Origin: Macrostomum lignano
Lineage: Eukaryota
NCBI GenBank assembly: GCA_002269645.1
Contig: NIVC01002110.1
Span: forward strand, 62,001 to 126,000
Reading direction: 5' to 3'
Length of the DNA stretch: 64,000 bases
Position numbers and translations under genes: made by a program. The notes beneath the pieces were generated by a model, which saw nothing but the letters and a program-made list of their open reading frames with translations, had not been told where the DNA came from and made no database searches. Positions within the stretch are counted from its first letter, which is position 1, and each line of letters starts with the position of its first letter. Below, in pieces: positions 15,005 through 30,696 of this stretch.

Positions 15005-15609
15005 CCCTGAAACTAGATTAGAAATGCGAATAGATCAGAATCTGCGATGCCCTGACGTGCAAATCATATTCGTCAAAGAGTCATGGGCTCTCTATAAAAA
15101 ATTGAACGCTAGATTGAAGGCTATTTCAGTCAGTGCATGCATCTCCAGCTCCATTCTTATTCTCTTGACCAAAGAGGATTCCAACAGGAAATGCATAGTT
15201 GCACTATACATGTTGGTAACTCTTTTAACACCGTAAACTACCTGCTTAAACTTGGTATTGTAGTGAGCTGTGAGGCGCTGCAATCTTGCATGTATAACAC
15301 TACTGTGCTGCACAATAATCCTGTTCATGAGCGCCGCTAGGTCCAGCAGAAGTACTTTGTTGTGCTGTGCAGGCCGCGGGTGGAGTGCGCGGAATTGCGT
15401 GATCCAAAGAATCAGTTTTTTACGGTCAAAGCGTGTGCAGGCCGACCGTTTTAAGTGTGAAATAATACAGCTTTTTTAGGGGGGTTGGGCTGATTTCGAG
15501 TCAGCTTGTGCACGCAAAGTGAAGTCGTAAAGTTGTTGGAGAGCATTGTTGATTTGCTCTGGATGCGTAATTCTGGGCATTGGAGTCAATGATTCCTTCC
15601 TATTTTTAC

Positions 15610-15950
15610 TCTGTCACTCCAATTGTAACTCAAATTGTCACTCCGATTGGCACTCCAATTGTAACTCAAATTGTCACTCCGATTGGCACTCCAATTGTAA
15701 CTCAAATTGTCACTCCGATTGGCACTCCATTTGTAACTCAAATTGTCACTCCAGTTGACATTCCAATTGTCACTCCAAATGTCACTCCAACTGTCACTCT
15801 AGTTTTCACTCCAACTGTCACTCAAATTATTACTCCGATCGGCACGCCAATTGTCACTCCAAATTTCACTCTAATTGTCACTCCATCACTCCAAATGTCA
15901 CTCTAATTGTCACTCTAACTGTCACTCCAATTGTCACTCCGATTGTCACT
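15610..15950. repeat. 12-bp degenerate repeat (GTCACTCCAATT)
   Basis: Read directly; produces the VTPI-repeat ORF. Confidence 0.9.
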
Positions 15951-16409
15951 CAGTAACTATCACTTAAATCGTAACCCAATAATTGTCAGCCTAAAAAACT
16001 ATACTCTCACGCATTCTTCACAATCGTACTACATTCAGTAGTTAATTAAACGCATGGAAGCTCAAGCTCACATGTAAATAATTTCTTTATTCGTAATCAG
16101 AAGAATCAATTACCAACTTGGCACCGGGCCACTTAGCACAGTCTTAACGTTAACTGCCGTTTAACTTTGCCGCGAATTCATAAATTTGCGCAAATTGCCG
16201 GAGCTAGCACTTGCTGAGTTGCGGTGCACAAGTGGAAAACATTTCCAGACTTTTTTGTTAGCCTTTTCTTCCGTCCACCTACATGTACCACCCTACCATT
16301 TGCGTGCAAAAATATAAACTTGGAAATTGCACATTTAATTGAATTTTCATTGCTAATTCTGCGGATTGCAACCGAATAAGTAAAGAAAATGTCTGCTACA
16401 TGTACAAGC

Positions 16410-17011
16410 CATGGACAACTAGAGTAGAAGGACGCTACACTCGGCTTTCGTGGAAATCGGGCTGGAGGCCAATTTTCGCGTAAATACACTAGCGAGATAG
16501 AAGAATATAATATTTTTCTCATGCGAAATAGGCAGCCGAAGAAGAGTTGAAGAAGCAGTGAAGTTCTTATTTTGATATAAGTTGAAGGCGCTATTGCTTT
16601 GTTGAATTTTATAAGGCTTTCATCGCGAAGTTTAGCATTCTACTTTTTTATTTACATTATATTTATAATTATTTATTTATTAGCTGATTATACATCAGAT
16701 ATTTTACTGATGGCACAAGATAAAAGAATCTACTAGAAGGGAGCCGTGGCTTGTGGCCTAATGGGTCTGTTTTGACTTTCGACTGCGTTATTTTCTGACT
16801 GATTATAGTTTTCCATACATGTTCAGTGCCGATTAATAGCAAAGATGAGCATTAATCGTTTTTACTAGAGACAACAAATTTCTGAGCAACCCAGTGAAAG
16901 AATTTTTAGTTTTCATGCAGTCAATCAAGAGATATTGACTTTTGAATTTTGGCCTCCAGCCAATTTTACACGATTCGCGAGTGTAGCGTCCTTCTACTCT
17001 AGTTGTCCATG
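16410..17011. mobile_element. P-element-like (or hAT) MITE, 602 bp
   Basis: Perfect 34-bp TIR CATGGACAACTAGAGTAGAAGGACGCTACACTCG; perfect 8-bp TSD GTACAAGC (16402-16409 and 17012-17019). CATG termini with an 8-bp TSD are P-superfamily hallmarks. Confidence 0.9.
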
Positions 17012-17094
17012 GTACAAGCATCATGTACATAAGCCACAGGCCCAGTGCTTGTGCTGGCTCACAAATTACTTCAGGCTCCATATTTTCACCCAAT

Positions 17095-17668
17095 TGTCAC
17101 TCTCCTTATTGTCACTTATTTATTTCCACTCTATCAGTCTCAATATTGTCACTCTATCAGTCTTATTATTGTCACTCCATCAGTATTCATATTGTCACTC
17201 TATCAGTATTCCTATTGTCACTCTATCAGTATTCCTATTGTCACTCTATCAGTATTCCTATTGTCACTCCATCAGTATTCCTATTGTCACTCTATCAGTA
17301 TTCTTATTGTCACTCTATCAGTATTCTTATTGTCACTCTATCAGTATTCGTATTGTCACTCTATCAGTATTCTTATTGTCACTCTATCAGTATTCTTATT
17401 GTCACTCTATCAGTATTCATATTGTCACTCTATCAGTATTCGTATTGTCCCCCTATCATTATTCCTATTGTCACACTATCAGTATTCCTATTGTCACACT
17501 ATCAGTATTCGTATTGTCACTCTATCAGTATTCATATTGTCACTCTATCAGTATTCGTATTGTCACTCTATCAGTATTCATATTGTCACTCTATCACTAT
17601 TCCTATTGTCACTCTATCAGTATTCATATTGTCACACTATCAGTATTCCTATTGTCACTCTATCAGTA
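17095..17668. repeat. 23-bp minisatellite (TATTGTCACTCTATCAGTATTC[C/A/G/T])
   Basis: Read directly; second block at 24011-24445. Confidence 0.96.
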
Positions 17669-18184
17669 TAGGCCACGCTGGTTTCCTCGGCAACGAGTCC
17701 CAGTCCCCGTCGATCTGATCAACTCCCGCGGCAAGCGCCGGGCAAGACACTCGTAATTGCAGGCCATCCCGTGCTGCCGTCCCTCCCCCCTACTGCGTCC
17801 CTTTGAAAACCGACCTTTATCTATACATACTACTTTAAAATAAACATTTCAGTAGTATCATGAGCAAATGAAGCTTTGTTAAAACTTAAAATTCAAAAGA
17901 AATGATGATGATGACAAAAGCGTGGTAATGTATCTAAACTCTAATTTCAAGCCTGCAACAAAGACCTCAGTCCTGAGAGTTGGGTTTCGAAGCACTATTC
18001 AATTGTGCACTGTCGTATTATGGGAGTCGAAGTAAGACCAGACAGCATTGTGCGGTGATATGCGTGTTTGAAAATAATAATTTAGCAACCGTTGCAGCCG
18101 AAGAAATGCGTGTGTTTATAAAGTTGCTGCTCAGAAAGTTTCGTTGAGATTGCAACAGAAAGACCGCGGTGACCGTGGTAATGA

Positions 18185-20215
<2,031 letters not shown>

Positions 20216-22808
20216 GGGCGCCTCCAATCTCGGGGCACTGACACGGTAGAAAGTCAGAAAGGACTGAAAAAAGTCAATTTAAATTGAGTAGCCGATATTT
20301 CGAAATCAAATTTCTTCGTCAGGGCTGCAAGCGAGTGAAGTTTATTTGGCGCGAATTGCCGTCAATATATAAAGGCGATATCGCCAGGGAGAGACGATCG
20401 ATAAATTGATGTGCTCAAGCACTTAAAACAGTACGCATGGTCAGTACATTAAAACGAGTCCGAGACTATGAGAAAAGCGGGGGTGGCTAAAACTGTACAA
20501 TTGGGCCTAGACGACCTTTAAGTGTAGAATAAAAATTGCAAAAATAAATGGCGAAATAAATAGGTAAGGTAAATAAAAATAATTATTAAATGCTCAGAGC
20601 AAAAATGCAGGTGCACCGTACACAGTGTCAGAAAAATGAATAAAAAGCAGAAAATAAATAATCTGAATAAATCGAAATAAAGTCAATGAAAAATCACAGA
20701 GGGGAAAATAGCAGTAAAGGAGCCTTTGTAGCAGCTGATCTCAATTGGCAGAAGCTGGTTCGAGCTGGCTGTGGCAGAGTAGATCCCGAAGGCTCCTCCC
20801 TTTAGTGAAGGCCGGCAGTACAGGGGCATCGCAGTGCTGTGCCACGCCGTCCCTCACCTTGGCAACCAGGGTGTCTGACCCAGCGCAGTGCGGCACAATC
20901 AGTGGGATCGCCGGATTGTGCAGCACCCCGGCCAGCTCGTTGGCGCCATGTGGGACCAGAGTTTTCAGGACCGCGATGAGTTTGGCCTCCTGGCGTTGAC
21001 GTCGTTCATTGGCCTTGGTCCAGAGCCGTCCGCGTCCACACTCCGGTGAAGGCAAAGTCCCGAGACTATGGCCATCGTTGCTGAAGTGGCGGGCCACCGG
21101 AGTGTCGCGTGCGTGCCTGATGTCGCCGACGTGCGCTAGCATGCGGCCCGGATGCTGTTGACCGTCTCGCCGACGTAGACCGTGCAGCTGCAGCGGCGGC
21201 AGAACACGGTGTAGACAGCGTTGACCGAGTTGCAGTCGATCCTCTGGCTGATGGTGATCTTGACGGTCGTGGACGCGGATCCCGGGCAGACGGAGGTGAA
21301 TCTGGCGTGCGCCTGGCAGCACTTGCACAGCCGGCCGGGTTGCACGGCAGGAAGCCGAACTCCCACCGCCTTGTCGGGTAGAAACCCAGCTCCGCCAGCA
21401 CCTCGTATTTGATATTGCGTAGAAAACGCCTGTTGTAGCCCTGGTGCTGCACCAAGATTCGACAGCAGCTCGGTGCAGGCCGCGTCGAAGTCGACCATCG
21501 GGAGCACACCTGCGGGCGTATCTGATGAGCTGGGACTTGACCACACCCTTGAACGTCCGCCTCGGGTGGAATGAGTCGCGGTGGATAAGAGCTCGGCTGT
21601 CCGTGGGCTTGAAGAAGACTCTAGTCGCCAGACGCTTGGAGTCCCCCTCGCGGTCCAGAAGACGGTGGTGTCCAGGAAGTTGACCTCGGTGCTGCTGTAG
21701 CTCAGCTGCAACCTGATGTTCGGTCGAGGCCATCCAGGAGCTCGTGGAAGCGGACCAGCTCGTCTCTCGTTCCGTGCCAGACGCCGAAGATGTCGTCAAT
21801 GTAGCGCAGCACAGGGCGGGCTTCTGCGGCTGAGCTCCAGGCCCCGCTGCTCCCAGTAGCCCATGTAGATGTTGCTGTAGCTGGGTGCAAACGACTTCCC
21901 CATGGCCGTGCCTTTCACTTGCAGGAAAAATTTGCCGTCGAATTCGAAGTCGTTGCGCTCCAGGTTAAGCTTGAGCAGACTGAGGAGACCGCGTCTGGGC
22001 GCCTGGCATCCGGTGTGCTCCTGAAGGCCCTCTGTACGCACTCGAGTCCGGCCGCGGTCGGATGTTGGTGTAAAGGCTGGCGACGTCCATGGTGAACAGG
22101 AAGGACTCCTCGGACGCCGCACAGGCGATCCCGCGGATGGCGGCTTGGAAGTGGTCAGTGTCCCTGATGAAGCTGGGCAGCTGGATGACGATCGCTGCAG
22201 GAAGCTGTCGATGAAGCGGCCGCTGGCGTAAGACTCGCTGTCCACGTCAGACACGATGGGCCGGCCCGGAGGAATGTCGCCGAGCGGCCACGACTCGACG
22301 GGCTTGTGGATCTTCGCAGGATGTAGAAGCACCGCGTGCGGAACTCCTCCTTCGGGCAGAAGGCGTTGAACTGGCGCCGATCGATGATCCTCTCGGTCCA
22401 GCAGCGATCTGAAGACGCCGCGGATCATCTGGGCTGTGAAGCGGCTGATCGGTGCGGTGCGCTCAGAGGTCGGTAAAACAGCGGGTCTTCCAGCTGACGC
22501 AGGCATTCACGGACATAGTCCTGCCGGTCCAGGATGACCAGCTGGCTGCCCTTGTCGGCCGGCTTGATGACGATGGACTTGTCTGCCCGCAGATCTCGCA
22601 GTGCCTTTGCCTCCGCCTGGCTAATGTTTGGAGCTGAGTTTGGCCTCCTGGCGTTGACGTCGTTCATTGGCCTTGGGTCCAGAGCCGTCCCGCGTCCACA
22701 CTCCGGTGAAGGCAAAGTCCTCGAGACTATGGCCATCGTTGCTGAAGTGGCGGGCCACCGGAGTGTCGCGTGCGTGCCTGATGTCGCCGACGTGCGTGCG
22801 CACGTCTC
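20216..22808 (-). mobile_element. Penelope-like retroelement (RT + C-terminal GIY-YIG, Neptune/Nematis-like), 5'-rearranged and frameshifted
   Basis: Minus-strand motifs: NISQAEAKALRDLRADKSIVIKPADKG, KIHK...PGRPIVS, QVKGTAMGKSFAPSYSNIYM, LRYIDDIFGVW, VNFLDTTV, RVFFKPTD...SFHPRRTFKGVVKSQLIRY, a Cys-rich linker, then CNSVNAVYTVFCRRCSCTVYVGET...RMLAHVGDI...PVARHFSNDGH. Coding ends at about 20741; AT-rich 3' UTR runs to 20216. Confidence 0.95.
20290..20326 (-). ncRNA. Minimal type I hammerhead ribozyme in the PLE 3' UTR
   Basis: Minus strand reads AGCC-CUGACGA-A-GAAAU(UUG)AUUUC-GAAA-UA-UC^GGCU: conserved core, stem I AGCC/GGCU, 5-bp stem II, loopless palindromic stem III (AUAU). There is one extra A after the CUGACGA box. 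Confidence 0.75.
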
Positions 22809-22809
22809 T

Positions 22810-22842
<33 letters not shown>

Positions 22843-22943
22843 TAGAGAGAGAGTGAGAGAGAGAGAGAGAGAGTGAGAGAGGGAGAGTGAGAGAGAGATT
22901 GAGAGAGAGAAAGAGAGAAAGAGAGATAGAGAGAGACAGAGAC

Positions 22944-23104
<161 letters not shown>

Positions 23105-23170
23105 GAGAGTGAGAGAGAGAGAGAGAGAGTGAGAGAGGGAGAGTGAGAGAGAGATTGAGAGAGAGACAGA

Positions 23171-23202
<32 letters not shown>

Positions 23203-23204
23203 CA

Positions 23205-23324
<120 letters not shown>

Positions 23325-23452
23325 GAGAGTGAGAGAGAGAGAGAGAGTGAGAGAGGGAGAGTGAGAGAGAGATTGAGAGAGAGACAGAGAGATAGAGAGA
23401 TAGAGAGAGAAGAGAGAGAGACAGAGAGAGAGAAGAACAGAGAGAAGAGAGA

Positions 23453-23507
<55 letters not shown>

Positions 23508-25238
23508 ACTAAAAAGCATTGTCGCAAAAACTGTACACTACAAACAACGATAAAAAATAGGCACTTTAATGTCTAAAATACAATCGCAAAATAAAATTAA
23601 AAAATGCATGCAGATACAGTACATGTCAAAAAATAAGATATATATTGAAAGCAAATTGCATCAACGCGACTGTTTAGGAATATTCAAATTAACGTACGAT
23701 CTTAAAAAAAGAATGAATTTTTCCCACCGGAATGGGAATCCGTTCCAAATTCCAGGATTCCGTGGATGGAACAATAAAAATTACCTCGTTAATCCCTCGC
23801 CGTTATAGTTTTTACAGCAATAATTGTCTCCGTCAGGGTCACCGTAAAATGCCTATGACATACCCTGCAGTTTCACGAATAATATATAGTAATGATACAA
23901 TTATTTTAGAAACGAATAGTATGCTGTTATAGGCACTGAAATGAAAGTATAGGACACGCTTTTCATCCGACGGCAATGTTATTAACTCCCGGTAAATCAT
24001 CCACTTATCGTATTGTCCCCCTATCATTATTCCTATTGTCACACTATCAGTATTCCTATTGTCACACTATCAGTATTCGTATTGTCACTCTATCAGTATT
24101 CATATTGTCACTCTATCAGTATTCGTATTGTCACTCTATCAGTATTCATATTGTCACTCTATCAGTATTCGTATTGTCACTCTATCAGTATTCATATTGT
24201 CACTCTATCAGTATTCCTATTGTCACTCTATCAGTATTCATATTGTCACACTATCAGTATTCGTATTGTCACTCTATCAGTATTCATATTGTCACTCTAT
24301 CAGTATTCCTATTGTCACTCTATCAGTATTCATATTGTCACACTATCAGTATTCATATTGTCACACTATCAGTATTCATATTGTCACTCTATCAGTATTC
24401 ATATTGTCACACTATCAGTATTCCTATTGTCACTCTATCAGTATAGGCCACGCTGGTTTCCTCGGCAACGAGTCCCAGTCCCCGTCGATCTGATCAACTC
24501 CCGCGGCAAGCGCCGGCAAGACACTCGTAATTGCAGGCCATCCGTGCTGGCCGTCCCTCCCCCTACTGCGTCCTTTGAAAACCGACCTTTATCTATACAT
24601 ACTACTTTAAAATAAACATTTCAGTAGTATCATGAGCAAATGAAGCTTTGTTAAAACTTAAAATTCAAAAGAAATGATGATGATGACAAAAGCGTGGTAA
24701 TGTATCTAAACTCTAATTTCAAGCCTGCAACAAAGACCTCAGTCCTGAGAGTTGGGTTTCGAAGCACTATTCAATTGTGCACTGTCGTATTATGGGAGTC
24801 GAAGTAAGACCAGACAGCATTGTGCGGTGATATGCGTGTTTGAAAATAATAATTTAGCAACCGTTGCAGCCGAAGAAATGCGTGTGTTTATAAAGTTGCT
24901 GCTCAGAAAGTTTCGTTGAGATTGCAACAGAAAGACCGCGGTGACCGTGGTAATGATAGAGAAGGGGAGAAAGGAGGAGATGAGAGAGGGAGAGAGAGGA
25001 GTGGAAAAAAGAGAAGAGAGAGAGGACAAGGGAGAGAGGGGAGTGAAGAGAGAAAAGAAAGACGGGGAGAAAAAAGAGAGTGAAAAGAGAGGAGAAAGGA
25101 GAAAAGGAGAGAGGAGAGGAGAGAGAGAAGAAAGAGAAGAGGAAGGTGAGAGGAGAGAGGGGAGAGAGAATAGAGAAGAGAGAGAAGAAAAGAAAGAGAA
25201 AAGAGAAGAGTAGAGAGAGAGATACAGAGAGAGAGAGA

Positions 25239-25290
<52 letters not shown>

Positions 25291-25350
25291 GAGATAGATA
25301 GAGAGAGAGAGAGAGAGATAGAGAGAGAGTGAGAGAGAGAGAGAGAGAGT

Positions 25351-25382
<32 letters not shown>

Positions 25383-25383
25383 C

Positions 25384-25420
<37 letters not shown>

Positions 25421-25446
25421 TAGATAGAGAGAGAGAGAGATAGAGA

Positions 25447-25550
<104 letters not shown>

Positions 25551-25662
25551 TAGGTAGAGAGAGAGAGAGAGATAGAGAGAGAGAGTGAGAGAGAGAGAGA
25601 GAGAGTGAGAGAGGGAGAGTGAGAGAGAGATTGAGAGAGAGACAGAGAGATAGAGAGATAGA

Positions 25663-25712
<50 letters not shown>

Positions 25713-25750
25713 GAGAGATAGATAGAGAGAGAGGGAGAGAGAGATAGAGA

Positions 25751-25805
<55 letters not shown>

Positions 25806-26014
25806 GGAGAGAGGGAGAGTGAGAGAGAGACAGAGAGAGAGACAGAGAGATAGAGAGATAGAGAGAGAGAGAGACAGAGAGAGATAGAGAGAGAGTGAGA
25901 GAGAGAGAGAGGAGAGAAGAGAGAGGGAGAGTGAGAGAGAGAGAGAGGAGAGAGGGAGAGTGAGAGAGAGATTGAGAGAGAGACAGAGAGATAGAGAGAT
26001 AGAGAGAGAGAGAG

Positions 26015-26573
26015 NNNNNNNNNNNNNNNNNNNNNNNNNNNNNNNNNNNNNNNNNNNNNNNNNNNNNNNNNNNNNNNNNNNNNNNNNNNNNNNNNNNNNN
26101 NNNNNNNNNNNNNNNNNNNNNNNNNNNNNNNNNNNNNNNNNNNNNNNNNNNNNNNNNNNNNNNNNNNNNNNNNNNNNNNNNNNNNNNNNNNNNNNNNNNN
26201 NNNNNNNNNNNNNNNNNNNNNNNNNNNNNNNNNNNNNNNNNNNNNNNNNNNNNNNNNNNNNNNNNNNNNNNNNNNNNNNNNNNNNNNNNNNNNNNNNNNN
26301 NNNNNNNNNNNNNNNNNNNNNNNNNNNNNNNNNNNNNNNNNNNNNNNNNNNNNNNNNNNNNNNNNNNNNNNNNNNNNNNNNNNNNNNNNNNNNNNNNNNN
26401 NNNNNNNNNNNNNNNNNNNNNNNNNNNNNNNNNNNNNNNNNNNNNNNNNNNNNNNNNNNNNNNNNNNNNNNNNNNNNNNNNNNNNNNNNNNNNNNNNNNN
26501 NNNNNNNNNNNNNNNNNNNNNNNNNNNNNNNNNNNNNNNNNNNNNNNNNNNNNNNNNNNNNNNNNNNNNNNNN
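26015..26573. other. Assembly gap (N run)
   Basis: Run of N inside the (GA)n tract. Confidence 1.
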
Positions 26574-26574
26574 C

Positions 26575-26605
<31 letters not shown>

Positions 26606-26656
26606 AGAAGAGAGAGAGAGAGAGGTGAGTGAGAGAGAGATTGAGAGAGAGACAGA

Positions 26657-26744
<88 letters not shown>

Positions 26745-26771
26745 GAGAGAGAGACAGACAGAGAGAGAGAT

Positions 26772-26863
<92 letters not shown>

Positions 26864-26892
26864 TAGAGAGAGAGTGAGAGAGAGACACAGAC

Positions 26893-26973
<81 letters not shown>

Positions 26974-27074
26974 GAGAGGGAGAGTGAGAGAGAGATTGAG
27001 AGAGAGACAGAGAGAAAGAGAGATAGAGAGAGACAGAGACAGAGAGAGATAGAGAGAGAGAGAGAGAGACAGAC

Positions 27075-27167
<93 letters not shown>

Positions 27168-27214
27168 TAGAGAGAGACAGAGAGATAGAGAGAGAGTGAG
27201 AGAGAGAGGCAGAC

Positions 27215-27263
<49 letters not shown>

Positions 27264-27364
27264 TAGAGAGAGAGTGAGAGAGAGAGAGAGAGAGTGAGAG
27301 AGGGAGAGTGAGAGAGAGATTGAGAGAGAGACAGAGAGAAAGAGAGATAGAGAGAGACAGAGAC

Positions 27365-27435
<71 letters not shown>

Positions 27436-27499
27436 TAGAGAGAGAGAGAGAGAGAGAGTGAGAGAGGGAGAGTGAGAGAGAGATTGAGAGAGAGACAGA

Positions 27500-27531
<32 letters not shown>

Positions 27532-27533
27532 CA

Positions 27534-27614
<81 letters not shown>

Positions 27615-28278
27615 GAACTAAAAAGCATTGTCGCAAAAACTGTACACTACAAACAACGATAAAAAATAGGCACTTTAATGTCTAAAATACAATCGCAAAA
27701 TAAAATTAAAAAATGCATGCAGATACAGTACATGTCAAAAAATAAGATATATATTGAAAGCAAATTGCATCAACGCGACTGTTTAGGAATATTCAAATTA
27801 ACGTACGATCTTAAAAAAAGAATGAATTTTTCCCACCGGAATGGGAATCCGTTCCAAATTCCAGGGATTCCGTGGATGGAACAATAAAAATTACCTCGTT
27901 AATCCCTCGCCGTTATAGTTTTTACAGCAATAATTGTCTCCGTCAGGGTCACCGTAAAATGCCTATGACATACCCTGCAGTTTCACGAATAATATATAGT
28001 AATGATACAATTATTTTAGAAACGAATAGTATGCTGTTATAGGCACTGAAATGAAAGTATAGGACACGCTTTTCATCCGACGGCAATGTTATTAACTCCC
28101 GGTAAATCATCCACTTATCGATTTTTAAATCAAATTCAAATTCGCGCCAAAGATCGTGTTTAACGCCGTGTGTCTCACTTTTTGGCGCGCATTTGAATAT
28201 TCGATTTAATTTGCTGAACTCGATGTTTAACGATCGTTCAATTCAATTCTTTTATTTTAATATTCAGCAAAGGATGCT

Positions 28279-30696
28279 TCAACGAGATCCTCCCAAGAGA
28301 TGTTCCACATCCTGCCTCAGTTCGTGGTGACTTCCTCCGGCCCCAGCGACTCCGCAAGGTCCGCAGCAGCAGCAGCAGCGGCGGCACCGGCAGCAGCATC
28401 TGGTCGGGCCATCGCAGCAGCCGTTCCTGACAACGCACGAAGATGATGACGTCATCGCCATCGGTGCTGGCAAAGCGACGGTGGCTGATTGCGAAACTGC
28501 CTGCGTCGTATTATTATTGGCATAATAATTGCTGGCTGCCTGCGGCTGGGCGCAGCGGTAGCGTCGGAATCCGCGGTGCGGGCGGCCGCGCCGATGGTGC
28601 GAACTCGATGACGGGCCTGTGCCAGAAATAAAAACGAATAGCAGTGGTGCTTTGGCGTGGAGTTGATAAATTCTTTAGCTGCCTGTGGTCCTCTGGTATT
28701 CAGGCTACCTAATTGGTCCTCTGATATTCAGGCTACCTAATTGGTCCTCTGATATTCAGGCTACCTAATTGGTCCTCTGATATTTAGGCTACCTAATTGG
28801 TCCTCTGATATTCAGGCTACCTAATTGGTCCTCTGGTATTTAGACTACCTAATTGGTCCTCTGGTATTCAGGCTACCTAATTGGTACTCTGATATTTAGA
28901 CTACCTAATTGGTCCTCTGATATTTAGGCTACCTAATTGGTCCTCTGATATTCAGGCTACCTAATTGGTCCTCTGGTATTCAGGCTACCTAATTGGTCCT
29001 CTGGTATTCAGGCTACCTAATTGGTCCTCTGATATTTAGACTACCTAATTGGTCCTCTGATATTTAGGCTTCCTAATTGGTCCTCTGATATTTAGGCTAC
29101 CTAATGGGTCTTCTGATATTCAGGCTACCTAATTGGTCCTCTGGTATTCAGGCTACCTAATTGGTCCTCTGATATTCAGGCTACCTAATTGGTACTCTCG
29201 TATTCAGGCTACCTAATTGGTCCTCTGATATTCAGGCTACCTAATTGGTACTCTGATATTTAGACTACCTAATTGGTCCTCTGATATTTAGGCTACCTAA
29301 TTGGTCCTCTGATATTCAGGCTACCTAATTGGTCCTCTGGTATTCAGGCTACCTAATTGGTCCTCTGGTATTCAGGCTACCTAATTGGTCCTCTGGTATT
29401 CAGGCTACCTAATTGGTCCTCTGATATTCAGGCTACCTAATTGGTCCTCTGGTATTCAGGCTACCTAATTGGTCCTCTGGTATTCAGGCTACCTAATTGG
29501 TCCTCTGGTATTTAGGCTTCCTAATTGGTCCTCTGATATTTAGGCTACCTAATGGGTCTTCTGATATTTAGACTGCCTAATTGGTCCTCCAGTAACAAAA
29601 AGCCCTGCGCGCACTAACCCAATTCCGTTTTGTTTTTATCAACGTCTCGATGCGTCTTGGTCGATCCTTGGACGGCTCGATTTGAGTTCTGCATCTTCGT
29701 ACTGGTAGCATTGGTACATGTAGCATTAGTAGTACAAATATGATTAGTAGACTCAATCCCCTGCTTAAGGATAAAGTCTTTAGCTGTCCTATTATTACCA
29801 ATAGACACCTGCTGGACCGTAGTCACGGGAACAATTGGCCTAGCAACCACCGTGGCCGAGCATTGCGGATCTTCATCAACAACGTCAGCTGACCAGGAGC
29901 AGCAGGTCTGCTGCTGGAAATCGCTTTGCTTAATAATCCGGTTGTTGGTTGGTGCGACAGCGTTCAAGTCCGTGCATTCGTAGACGGCATTACGAGGCAG
30001 CGATGATGGCGGCAGATCGATCTGCAGTCGCCTTGGAGGCGGCAGCGGCGGAGGCCTTTCGTCGATGCCAAATTGTGATTCGTGTGGTAAAGAGCTCTGC
30101 GGCAATTCGCAGCATCCACCGTCGCCTCCGCTGGCGCAGCAGCCGCTACAGTCCCTGCTGCTGCTACTGGTGTTGTTGCTGCCAACTCCGCTGCTCGATG
30201 ATCCGCTGTAATCGTCTATGACGTCATTAAGTCGGCGAAGCAGCTTCCTGATGTCTGCAGCCGCCTCGGCTGTCCGACGGCTGCCTCTGTCGCTTCTTCC
30301 CGAGGCTGGCGACAACTGTCCGGAGTCTTCCAGCAGTGCCACGATCAGACGTTTGCGCAGATTTCGACTGACAGACCGACCGGCTGCGGCTGGCGGGCCA
30401 GTTGTAGCTTCCGCAGGTGCATCGGCCAGTCTCCTACCAGTCCTAGTCGAGCTGACAATCTTTAAGTTTTCGCTGCCTTTGTCGTTTAGCAAACTGTTGA
30501 GCGCTTTTCGTAAGAAACCGTCTTTAGTTCGCGATCGGTCCCCGTCAATTATTGGCCTGTCGTCGTGGGTTCTGTTGTTGCGCAAGAAGCATCCTTCCTC
30601 ATTGAACTGAGTCAAGTCTTCGTCGTCCATGGAGAGGGTCTCGGTGCATGCCAACAATTTCAACATGCCGCCGCTTTTTCGCCTATGCTGGGGCAT
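28279..30696 (-). CDS. Orphan 411-aa protein with a C-terminal cysteine string (exons 30696-29799 and 28616-28279)
   Basis: ATG at 30696 within the 403-aa ORF. Phase-1 donor ATT G|gtaata (29799) joins acceptor cacag|GC (28616) and stays open to TGA at 28279 (1236 nt). C-terminus CCDGPTRCCCRCRRCCCCCGPCG...HHELRQDVEHLLGGSR. An upstream exon is possible. Confidence 0.65.
28686..29588. repeat. 28-bp minisatellite, ~32 copies, intronic
   Basis: Unit CTACCTAATTGGTCCTCTG(A/G)TATT(C/T)AGG. Confidence 0.98.

Noticed and set aside
15580-15906. Mucin-like VTPI-repeat ORF
   Set aside because: Explained by a 12-bp repeat sharing the GTCACTC core with non-coding arrays; no signal peptide or splice support.
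20345-20357. TTTGGCGCG (E2F-like) motif in the PLE 3' UTR, also inverted near 28140
   Set aside because: Single short motifs; cannot be distinguished from chance.
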